Position numbers and translations under genes: made by a program
Shown here: piece after piece, positions 10,833 to 22,400 of the stretch
Numbering within the stretch: the first letter of the stretch is position 1
How the letters are laid out: the number at the start of each line of letters is the position of its first letter
NCBI GenBank assembly: GCA_030390025.1
Contig: CM059433.1
Span: 22,694,001-22,758,000 of the forward strand
DNA length: 64,000 bases
Direction of reading: 5' to 3'
Source: Squalus acanthias
Taxonomy: Eukaryota
Notes under the pieces: generated by a model
Databases searched by the model: none
What the model saw: the letters and a program-made list of their open reading frames with translations, nothing else
What the model was told of the DNA's origin: nothing

Positions 10833-13800
10833 CAATCTCTCCCTCCCCCGATCTCTCCCTCCCCCTGATCTCTCTCCCCCCGATCTCTCCCTCCCCCCGA
10901 TCTCCCTCCCCCTGATCTCTCCCCTCGATCTCTCCCTCCCCGATCTCTCTCCCCTGATCTCTCCCCCCCGATCTCTCCCCCGATCTCGCCCCCCCGATCT
11001 CCCCTCCCCCATCTCTCCTCCCCCTGATCTCTCTCCCCCCACCGATCTCCCCCCCAGATCTCCACTCCCCCCGATCTCTCCCTCCCCCCGATCTCTCCCT
11101 CCCCCGATCTCCCCCTCCCCCGATCTCCCCCCTGATCTCTCCCGTCCCCTCCCCCCCGATCTCTCCCTCCCCCCGATCTCTCTCCCCCCGATCTCTCCCT
11201 CCCCCCGATCTCCCTCCCCCTGATCTCTCCCCTCGATCTCTCCCTCCCCGATCTCTCTCCCCTGATCTCTCCCCCCCGATCTCTCCCCCGATCTCGCCCC
11301 CCCGATCTCCCCTCCCCCATCTCTCCTCCCCCTGATCTCTCTCCCCCCACCGATCTCCCCCCCAGATCTCCACTCCCCCCGATCTCTCCCTCCCCCCGAT
11401 CTCTCCCTCCCCCGATCTCCCCCTCCCCCGATCTCCCCCCTGATCTCTCCCGTCCCCTCCCCCCCGATCTCTCCCTCCCCCCGATCTCTCCTTCCCCCTC
11501 CCCCGATCTCTCCATCCCCCTCCCCCGATCCCTCCCTCCCCCTCCCCCCGATCTCTCCCTCCCCCCGATCTCCCCCCCGATCTCTCCCTCCCCCGATCTC
11601 CCCCCCGATCTCTCCCTCCCCCGATCTCCCCCCCGATCTCTCCCTCCCCCTGATCTCCCTCCCTCCAATCTCTCCCTCCACCCGATCTCCCTCCCCCCGA
11701 TCTCCCTCCCTCCGATCTCTCCCTCCCCCCGATCTCCCTCCCCCCGATCTCCCTCCCCCGATCTCCCCTCCCCGATCTCTCCTCCCCCCGATCTCCCCTC
11801 CCTGATCTCTCCTCCCCCGATCTCTCTCCCCCCGATCTCTCCCTCCCCCCGATCTCCCCCCCGATCTCTCCCTCCCCCGATCTCCCCCCCCGATCTCTCC
11901 CTCCCCCTGATCTCCCTCCCTCCAATCTCTCCCTCCACCCGATCTCCCTCCCCCCGATCTCCCTCCCTCCGATCTCTCCTCCCCCGATCTCTCTCCCCCC
12001 GATCTCTCCCTCCCCCCGATCTCTCCTCCCCCGATCTCCCCTCCCCGATCTCTCCTCCCCCCGATCTCCCCTCCCTGATCTCTCCTCCCCCGATCTCTCT
12101 CTCCCCCGATCTCCCCTCCCCCATCTCTCTCACCCCGATCTCTCCCTCCCCCGATCTCTCCCTCCCCCTGATCCCCCGATCTCTCCCTCCCCCGATCTCT
12201 CTCCCCCCGATCTCTCCCCCGATCTATCCCCCACCGATCTCCCCTCCCTCCATCTCTCCTCCCCCAATCTCTCTCCCCCCTCCGATCTCTCCCCCCGATC
12301 TCTCCCTCCCCCGATCTCTCTCCCCCGATCTCCCCTCCCCCCATCTCTCTCACCCCAATCTCTCCCTCCCCCGATCTCTCCCTCCCCCTGATCTCTCTCC
12401 CCCCGATCTCTCCCTCCCCCCGATCTCCCTCCCCCTGATCTCTCCCCCCGATCTCTCCCTCCCCCGATCTCTCTCCCCTGATCTCTCCCCCCCGATCTCC
12501 CCTCCCCCATCTCTCCTCCCCCTGATCTCTCTCCCCCCACCGATCTCCCCCCAAGATCTCCACTCCCCCCGATCTCTCCCTCCCCCCGATCTCTCCCTCC
12601 CCTGATCTCCCCCTCCCCCGATCTCCCCCCTGATCTCTCCCGTCCCCTCCCCCCCGATCTCTCCCTCCCCCCGATCTCTCCTTCCCCCTCCCCGATCTCT
12701 CCATCCCCCTCCCCCGATCCCTCCCGATACCTCCCCCCGATCTCTCCCTCCCCCCGATCTCCCCCCCGATCTCTCCCTCCCCCCGATCTCCCCCCCGATC
12801 TCTCCCTCCCCCTGATCTCCCTCCCTCCAATCTCTCCCTCCACCCGATCTCCCTCCCCCCGATCTCTCTCCCACCGATCTCTCCCTCCCCCCGATCTCCC
12901 TCCCCCCGATCTCCCCTCCCCCGATCTCTCCTCCCCCCGATCTCCCCTCCCCGATCTCTCCTCCCCCCGAGCTCTCTCCCCCCGATCTCTCCCTCCCCCC
13001 GATCTCTCTCTCCCCCGATCTCCCCTCCCCCATCTCTCTCACCCCGATCTCTCCCTCCCCCGATCTCTCCCTCCCCCTGATCCCCCCGATCTCTCCCTCC
13101 CCGATCTCTCTCCCCCCGATCTCTCCCCCGATCTCTCCCCCACCGATCTCCCCTCCCTCCATCTCTCCTCCCCCCGATCTCTCTCCCCCCTCCGATCTCC
13201 CCCCCCCGATCTCCACTCCCCCGATCTCTCCCTCCCCCCGATCTCTACCCTCCCCCGATCTCCCCTCGATCTCTCCCGTCCCCTCCCCCCTGATCTCTCC
13301 CTCCCCCCGATCTCTCCTTCCCCCTCTCCCGATCTCTCCCTCCCCCTCCCCCCCGATCTCTCCCTCCCCCCGATCTCCCCCCCGATCTCTCCCTCCCCCT
13401 GATCTCCCCGCCCCGATCTCTCCCTCCCCCCAATCTCTCCCTCCCCCCGATCTCTTCCTCCCCCGATCTCTCCCTCCACCCCCGATCTCTCCCTCCCCCT
13501 CCCCCCGATCTCTCCCTCCCCCCGATCTCTCCCCCCCGATCTCTCCCTCCCCCTCCACCCCGATCTCTCCCCCCCCGATCTCTCCGTCCCCCTCCACCCC
13601 GATCTCTCCCTTCCCCAATCTCTCCCTTTCCCCTCCCCCCCGATCTCTCCCCCCGGATCTCTCCCTTCCCCTTCCCCCCCGATCTCTCCTCCCCGATCTC
13701 TCCCTTCCCCCTCCCCCCGATCTCTCAACACCCTATCTCTCCCTCCCCCTCCCCCCCGATCTCTCCCCCCGATTTCCCCCTCCCCACCATCTCTCTCCCT

Positions 13801-14193
13801 CCCCGCGATCTCTCCCTCCCCCTCCCCCCCGATCTCTCCCTCCCCCGATCTCTCCCCCCGATATCTCCCTCCCCCTCCACCCCGATCGCTCCCATCCCCG
13901 ATCTCTCCCTCCCCCTCCCCCCCGATCTCTCCCTCCCCCGATCTCTCCCCCCCGATATCTCCCTCCCCCTCCACCCCGATCTCTCCCTTCCTGATCTCTC
14001 CCTTCCCCGATCTCTCCCTTCCCCCTCCCCCCCGATCTCTCCCTCCCCCCGATTTCCCCCACCCCACCATCTCTCTCCCTCCCCGCGATCTCTCCCTCCC
14101 CCTCCCCACCATCTCTCTCCCTCCCCGCGATCTCTCCCTCCCCCTCCCCACCATCTCTCTCCCTCCCCGCAATCTCTCCCTCCCTCCCTCCTA
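10833..14193. repeat. Pyrimidine-rich VNTR, ~12-18-bp units (GATCTCTCCCTCCCCCC) with higher-order blocks
   Basis: Tandem GATC-punctuated C/T array; variant GATCTCCACTCCCCC recurs near 11057, 11365, 12555 and 13208. Confidence 0.97.
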
Positions 14194-16231
14194 TCCGTTC
14201 CCCAGTTGCGGCCTTGTGCTGCAGGCATTCCTGCTCGACAGGCAGGCAGCCTGTCAATCAGGCTGGGTGTAGGGCGGGAAACCTGCTGAAAAAATTTAAA
14301 AGATGTTAATTCCAGCAGGACGTCTGGAAAACCCGTACTTCAGGGTTTCCTGTACGGAAATCCTCCCCTCCCTGCTCCCTTCACAACCTGAGTAAATATT
14401 GGGGCCATTGCTACTGGAGTCCCCCAGTAAACGAGCACCTCACAGCACCTTTTGTCAGTGTCACCATCTCTGCCATGCACCAGCTCAGCTACAGCCCAGG
14501 TGATGTAGGTTGTGAAGTTGAAGAGATAGCACAGGGTGGAACACAGTGCATCGGTGAGGAGGAGTGCTGGAGGCGGCTGCAGGCTAGGCACCTGTTGGCC
14601 AGAGGTGCAGCACAAGTTCCTGCCGCTGTTGCAGCACCTGTGGATTCAGACTTCACAGGTCTTATTACAAATGTATATTGCTGTCTGAACAGGATTACCT
14701 ACAGGAGTCATTTGTTTCTGTGCAAAATACATTGTGGGATCTGGGGAGGTGTCTGCTGTCTGGATTTGCGCCGTCGTGGGTGAACAGTTGCCTTCATTGA
14801 AGTCTGCCATGGAGCACGGGGCAACTCCTGAGGTATTGGCAGTGACCCCCTCAGTAGCACAGGCCACGGGTACAGTGGAAGCACCTCTCATGAATGCTCA
14901 CATTGCTACTTTAGAGCCCTTAGACTCAAAGCTAAAAGCTTCTTGGCCAGCTTTATCATCCCATGGAGACAACCTTGAAGCATGGATTCACAGACCTCAT
15001 AGCTGGCCAACCTTTTGTGCTCAAACAGATGAGTGATCATGTTGAGGGGGTGCCCAGTGGCAGGGGCATGCCTGTAGTAGTCACGGAACAGATGGGTGGC
15101 TGTCAAGCTGACACCACACCCAGCCATCAAACATCGCTACACAAGGGACATTAAGGTACCAGAAAGTAATTTGGATGGTCAACCATGACAGCATTGGACT
15201 TGGTTGACTCAGATACAGAGCTCATGCAATGCAGCCCACAGGAAGGTCCAAAATTTCACCTTTTTCCAATGGGATTGGACGATTTCAGGTCATTTGGAAA
15301 GAAAGACAGGTGCCTGTTAGAGCCAGTCAGATCGGTTGGAGGGCAGAACTGAAGGCTATCACAACCAATTGGATTGATTGGAAGATGTACTGGAAGCTGT
15401 TAGAACTAATCAATCAGATATTACTTTCTCCCATTGCTGGTTGCACGTGAATCTGAGGTAAATAAAATAAAATGAGCTGTTGGTTTCTGAGATTCACGGT
15501 TACAGGTGTGTTTATTTAATATTTGTCTCCAAAGAAGTTAAATAGAACAACCAAGCTGCTAAAATCCAGCTTTGAAAAACTATTCCGTTTCACCAAAGAA
15601 ACTTTCTAGGCGTGCCTGGCTGGTGTCTTACGTGAAGGTTTATTTTCTCCAAGACTGGTTGCAGCCACGTTTTTGAGATCAGACGGATGTTCCTTGCTCT
15701 GAAGGCATTAACTGGCTTTATTCCTGCCACTGTACTTGTGGAATCAACAGGGTCTGGAATATAAAATGGGGAGTGGAGTTGGCGTGCTGATGAATTTTAC
15801 TTAAGTTACAAAGTTAGACTGAGATTTACTCTAATAATCATTGTAGGCTCCAAAATGCACCAGATCAGCTATTAAGCAAACATCTACTTTTTTGGGTGGG
15901 AGGAAGAGAACATGCTCTCAGATCCCTCCTAGATGATCCGTCTGATGCCTTCAGCACTCACATCCCCTCTCAGTAGCTTCTAAATCCAACACTGCTGCAA
16001 ACTCGCTTTTCTGTACTGTGTCTTCATGTGTCCGAAGACTTGTTTTTGAGCTGTCAGCTTTTTTGAAGTTCGTTGGTCAGCTTTTGCTAGGTTTCTAAGT
16101 TGGCATGCGTATAGGCTCTTACATGGTCTTCAGGATTGTGACCATATAAGAGCCAACAGTGAGAAGAGCTGTCCATCATTTTCATCACACGCAAGTAATA
16201 TAATTATGGACTTGGAGTGATTTAAATTATT

Positions 16232-16976
16232 GGGCCGGATTTTCCGATTGGAGGCTTCCTGCGTACGGATGCCTCTGATCGGGAAAAATCTACGCACTTA
16301 CCTGCTGGCTCCGTAGGTCCCAACACTTCCGCTCCTGGGCCTCTCCTGGTCCACACAGGCAGAGGCCCAGGCATCCCAGGGGCGCAGGCGGTTCGCAAGC
16401 GTCCCTGGGACCACGTGGGCCAAGGGGAACCAATCAAAGAAGGGAATCCCCCTTCACACTTTTGACAGGTCTCTACGCACAGATCTGTCAAAAGTATGAA
16501 TGGGGATCACTTAAAAAACACAGTTAAACATTAAATAATTTTTTTTAAATCACGTATTTAAAATTAGTTAAAATTATATTAAATTAAATATTTTAAACAA
16601 AAATTAAATTTTTTGAAAAAATAATTAAAGTTTTTTACAGGGCTGAAAATAAACTTACCTTATAATTGAGTGGAAAAAAAATATTTTTAATTTTTTTTAA
16701 CTCTTATGCTGGTAAAAGCAGGCCTTACGCCTGCTTTTACCAGGCGTAAGATTTTGAAAGGCTTTCAGCGGGCGGAAGTTGTGCAGAAAGTGGAACTCTC
16801 CACCCACAGAGGCCCTTCTCCCTGGGCAGGCGTGCGATCTGTCAGGAGGATTCCTGACCGATCGGAAGTGCCGGGTTTTAGCGCATGCGCTTCGCATGCC
16901 TGAAACCGGCACTTGCGAGGCCCCTACGGGTGCGTACACACCTCGTACGCACCCATGGGGCCGGAAAATCCGACCC
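16232..16976. mobile_element. MITE family M2, copy 1
   Basis: TIRs GGGCCGGATTTTCCG...CGGAAAATCCGACCC; related to 59138-59589. Confidence 0.85.
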
Positions 16977-17855
16977 TTTGTGTTTGTAAACAAGTGAGAA
17001 AAGGTTGATCCAAGTTATCTGCTAGTTACTTTTATCCTGCTTATTAATTTACCTGGAGTCATTACACATTCCCTAGTCAGCAGTATTTTCTGTAAGCTCT
17101 TTTTACTGAATAGTGCCTAGTTGTAATCAATGGCCAGATCACCACAGCACCAAAGAGCTCCAGATATTTCCAGTTGAAAGAGTGTATTTATAATTGATTG
17201 ATAGGGCACTAAGGGTAGGAGATTTCTCAATCAATTCAAGTAGGTAATGATAACTTCTTGTAGTCAATAGGTTGCAGACCAGGTAAAAATGCTTAAAAGT
17301 TCTCCAGAGTGCAATCAACAGCTGAGATCTACATCTAAACTCCCTTAAATGAATTCCTTCAATAAAATTTCAAGGATTTATGTGTGTCATTTCTGAAAAG
17401 ATATTATGATGTCTCATTTTTCTGTATCTCCCTCAGAGACTGTGAGACTGAAATATTGTCAGTCTTTGGAGTTTGAGGTCAAACAGATTCTTTATACTTC
17501 AATAGATAGAGATGGAGAGAGGAGAATTTTTTTGTCAAATCTCTGCCACTTTTCGACCTGAAATGTTTGTGGCAGTTCTAATCCCCTGTGTGGAAATATT
17601 AACCAGCACTGATGATAAATATTTTTTTTGTTTGAAAAAGATCTCACTTTAGCTCCTCTTGTGTATTCTGATGCCTGTCTTGGATGTCACAATTTATGGA
17701 ATCTTTTGTTGCCCTAATGACACCTCTGTAAAACTGATGTTCAAGGGTCAATTTTCCAGATCCATGCTCATCATACTGGGAGTGGATATCAGGATATTGC
17801 AGACATGAACCCAACGATTTCACATTCTGCGCATTCATTAAGTTGGCCCTATAAT

Positions 17856-18616
17856 GGCCCAAAAATTAAACCTAATACGCGAGAGTACGCACTGTGTACT
17901 CTCGCGTATTAGATCCCGAATTGCCGGTTTCCTGCATGCACTGCGCATGCGCGGGAAACCGGCACTTCGTGAATTGAAAAGGGGGCGGTTCCTAAGTGAA
18001 CCGCGTGCGCGCTACAGGCTGTGCGCACGCAGCGCACTTAGTTTTTTTTTCAGCTTTGAACGCGCAGGTAAGTGGTGAAGATTTTACACACAAAGAAAGC
18101 AGGCGTAGGACCCCCTTTTAACAAGGTAAGTAGTTAATTAAGTGTTATTTTAAATTTTTTTCAACAGGTTTATCTTTTTTAGAGACTTTAAAGAAAGGTA
18201 AGTTTATTTTTTAACTTTTAAAAAGATTTTAAATTTTTTCAAAAATTTAATTTTTTGTTTAAAGTGGTTAATTTATTTAACTATACTTATTTTATTAACG
18301 TGATGGCTTTTTTAAATTTAATTGAGGTTTAGCTGTTCTTTTGGGGGTTTGTAGTATTCATAGCTTTGACAGCTCTTGCCGTCAAAACTATGAATGAAAG
18401 ATGGTGTGCTGCCATTGGCTCTAACTGAATCACGTGATCCCAGAGCTCGCACAAACTAATTGCGCCTCTGGGTCACGCAAGCACTGCACGGTTCCAACAG
18501 AGAGAGCCTTTGAAACTAAAGTTCGTGTGGGCCCGGAGCAAAAAGGTAGGCGCGGAGTGCGATATCGCGGGGAATCCTTACCCCCGCGGGAACCATCCAT
18601 GTTTAATTTCTGGGCC
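17856..18616. mobile_element. MITE family M3, copy 1
   Basis: TIRs GGCCCAAAAATTAAAC...GTTTAATTTCTGGGCC; subterminal hairpin 17873-17911; inverted copy at 54592-55334. Confidence 0.85.
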
Positions 18617-19579
18617 ATTGTCATTGCATATTTCATGATGTTGAAAACTTACTTGTAATATGTATGGTGGTTACTACAAGATCCACAGAGGAATATAGTT
18701 ATGTATACCAACAAATGCAATGTAAAACTAAATAAAAAGAAAGACAATTCAGTAAATATTTCATATCAATCTAGCAATCTTTCACTCAATCAATACATTA
18801 TCAGTAAATTCAACCGTGCATAATTATTTGTACCAATGTTTATTTACAGAAATTCTGTTGAAAGAGTATCTCTTTTTGTACATTGTAGTTAACCCTGAAC
18901 TCATTCTCATTGAATGTCCAGCTGTTTATGTTTGTGCCTTTTGTGAATTTCCTGTGGTAATAGTACCACTGAAGGAAGCAGTCACATTTACATGCTGACA
19001 TGCAATTTGAGATGTGGGGGCCACAGATAACCTATGAATGAGTAGATATTCCAGGCTTTTCACCAGAGTGCTGAAGATGATTATCTAGCTCACATTTCCA
19101 GTCTTTCACAAACCTTCTCTCATAGCCAATTCAATCCTGCACCAAGAACTATAAGGCCTTATAAGATTTAGTTTTTTGGAAATGGTACTCTATGTTTGAC
19201 GCGCCCATCATGATTGTCATGCCTAACATGTCAAGATCTCTGCTCCACATTGGTTTGCAGCTAAAGGCAGCCATCCATTCAACCTGAAATTAATCTCAAT
19301 GTCACCCCAGGCTCTGACAAACCTACCCTCCCAGCTAACTACAATCCCTGTACTAAATTCACGTGGCTTGCTCCCTAAGCTGCTTTTAGAGCTTGCTCCA
19401 TATCTGTTAACCCACAGTGGCCCTGAAACTCTGTGTGAGTTCTACCAGAACACCCCAGGGAAAAGGCATTAATGGTCATTTACACCATTTCCCTGGGGGT
19501 TCCACCGGTCTCCCACTGGAGTTACAATGGGAGACTAGTAGAACGCCTGTGGAATTTCAGGGCCTGTGAGTTGGAGCAG

Positions 19580-20417
19580 TCATAAGAACATAAGAATGGA
19601 GTATAATGTGGGAAAGTGCGAGGTTATACACTTTGGCAGGAAAAATAAAAAAGCAAATTATTATTTAAATGGAGAGAGATTACAAAATGCTACAGTTCAG
19701 AGGGACCTGGGGGTCCTTGTGCATGAAACACAAAAAGTTAGCATGCAGGTACAGCAAGTAATCAAAAAGGCAAATGGAATGTTGGCCTTTATTTCAAGGG
19801 GGTTGGAGTATAAAAGCAGGGAAGTCCTGCTACAACTGTACAGGGCATTGGTGAGACCACACCTGGAGTACTGCGTACAATTTTGGTCTCCTTATTTAAG
19901 GAAGGATATACTTGCATTGGAGGCAGTTCAGAGACGATTCACTAGGTTAATTCCAGAGATGAGGGGGTTGACTTATGAGGAAAGGTTGAGCAGGCTGGGC
20001 CTATACTCATTGGAATTTAGAAGAATGAGAGGTGATCTTGTTGAAACATATAAGATACTGGGTGGGCTCGACAAGGTAGATGCAGAGAGGATGTTTCCCC
20101 TCGTGGAAAATCTAGAACTCGGGGGCACAGTTTTAGAATAAAGGTCGCCCTTTTAGAACTGAGATGAGGAGGAATTTCTTCTCTCAGAGGGTCGTAAATC
20201 TGTGGAATTCTCTGCCCCAGAGAGCTGTGGAGGCTGGGTCATTAAATACATTTAAGGTGGAGATAGACAGATTTTTGCAAGATAAGGGAGTGAAGGGTTA
20301 TGGGGATCGGGCGGGGAAGTGGCTTTGAGCCCAAGATCAGCCATGATCTTATTGAATGGCGGAGCAGGCTCGAGGGGCCAAGTGGCCTATTCCTGCTCCT
20401 ATTTCTTATGTTCTTAT
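19580..20417 (+). mobile_element. CR1 LINE, 5'-truncated, with 10-bp TSD
   Basis: ORF 19566-20141 with CR1 RT motifs; 3' tail TTCTTATGTTCTTATG; GTTGGAGCAG at 19570-19579 and 20418-20427. Confidence 0.93.
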
Positions 20418-20428
20418 GTTGGAGCAGC

Positions 20429-21281
20429 CATAGAGTCAGAGTCATAACGGCACAGAAGGAGGCCATTTGGCCCATCGAGTCCGTGTCAGCTCTCTGCAGA
20501 GCAATCCAGTCAGTCCCATTCCCCCACTCTATCCCCGTAGCCCTGCAAGTTTATTTCCCTCAAGTGCCTATCCAGTCTCCACTTGAAAACATTGAGTTTC
20601 TCCACTTCCACCACTTCCGTTGACAGCAAGTTCCAGGTCCTCACCACTCGCTGCGTAAAAAAGTGTTTCCTCACATTCCCCCGTATCTCTTGCCCTCAAC
20701 CTTAAATCTGTGTCCCCTAGTCCTTGTACCATCAACTAGTGGGAACAGCCTTTCCCCGTCTAGCCTATCCAAACCCGTCATAATCTTGCACACCTCTATC
20801 AAATCAACCCTCAATGACAACAAATCCAGCTTCTCCAACCTGTCCTTGTAGCTAAGATCCCCCCCGGAACCATTCTGGTAAATCTCCTCTGCACCCTCTC
20901 AAGTGCCTTCACATCCTTCCTAAAGTGTGGTGACCAGAACTGAATGCAATACTCCAGTTGTGGCCTAACCAGTGCTTTATAAAGGTTCAGCATATCTTCT
21001 CTACTTTTGTACTCAATACCTCTATTTATGAAGCCCAAGATCCAATATGCTTTGCTAACCACTCTCTCAATATGTCCCACCACCTTCAGGGACCTATGCA
21101 CATTAACTCCCAGGTCCCTCTGTCCCTGCACACTCTTTACAACTGTGCCATTAAGTGTATATTGCCTCTCCCTGTTCCTTCTGCCAAAATGCATCACCTC
21201 ACACTTCTCTGTATTAAATTCCATCTGCCACTTGTCTGCCCACTCTGCTAGCCTTTCTATGTCCTGTTGCAGTCGATTGGT
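20429..21281 (-). mobile_element. CR1 LINE, 5'-truncated
   Basis: ORF 20811-21224 MEFNTEKCEVMHFG...RPQLEYCIQFWSP; tail-to-tail with the previous CR1. Confidence 0.93.
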
Positions 21282-21849
21282 ATAAGTCTTTGGTCATAAA
21301 ATGTTGAATCCAAGTGAAACTGAGGATTGTTAAACAATTGTTCAGAACAAATATTTAACAACATTTAGAAACTGACAATATAGTCTGCTAATTTAGTAAT
21401 AAGAAAAGTCAAAATGCTCCTACAGATAAAGTGATGTAATATCCTTTTCTATTATCTATTATAACCTTCGTAGGAAGCTTCTGCTCTTGGAAGTGCTGTG
21501 CTGCACACTGTATGAACTGAGAATGAAAGGCCTTTGTAGTAAATAAGGAGATTGAAGTTCCTACTTTTGAAAGTTGGACATTTGACAGATTTCCTCATCA
21601 CTACTACAGTACTGTTGTGTTGGCTTGGGAGTCCCACTGGCATTACTACACAATGGGACTGCCAAAGGCTCCTTCCTCCCCTTGAAATCTCAGTATGCTC
21701 AACTCCACACCATGGCCTTGCTTCCCTTGTACCTCAGCATAGTTGACTCTACACCACAACACATTTTCATTGATCCAGCCACCCTGAACTAGCTATAAAT
21801 TCATTTGTTTAGATCTATAGCCCAAATAATCCACGAGTCAGATATCCCA

Positions 21850-22400
21850 GTAATTTAATGCTTGCCTGGGACCAGGCGTGTCCAGGTCCCAACCTAGAAT
21901 CCATTTCTTCATGAATACTCGCACCAAAGTTATGGCAGGAGTACGTCAGAAGGGCTGTAGATTTTCAAGCCATTGATTTCTAGGCCCATACTTTCTCATG
22001 TGGAACACAGCTGCTAATGGACATTCGCCTTAACCACAGCTGTGTAAGCCATAGGAATAGTACCTCTTCCAGCATTCAAACCTTCCCCATGACAAGTGCA
22101 ACTTTTCAGGACCCGTGACTGCACCATCGCATTATTTTGCCACAACTCGGCTTTTAGAGAATGTAATGGTCTTTCCAGTACCGCATTCAGCCATGACCCT
22201 TGACATGAATCTTGTCATTCATGGGAAATGACTTATGACATAATACTGGGCGGCCTGCTGCTGGCGCTGTCCAGGGAGAGTATAAATACTCGGCCATGGG
22301 CCCAGCTTGCTCAGGACATTCTTTAACAGGAACCAGTGAAGGACAACTAGATCTCCATGTTGTAAAACAGTTGATTAAAGCTTTGTTTAACGCTTAGACC
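21850..22400 (-). pseudogene. Highly degraded Harbinger transposase relic (tentative)
   Basis: Scattered frames give RQQQAAQYYVISHFP, DKIHV, LHSLKAEL, YSPSD and CHNFG in the order of HARBI1 motifs (AGFP, DCTH, FHSLNVQ, YSP, LHN). Confidence 0.4.

Noticed and set aside
9184..14257. Very long Gly/Arg- or Pro-rich ORFs (up to 920 aa)
   Set aside because: Open in several frames on both strands only because the VNTR units lack stop codons
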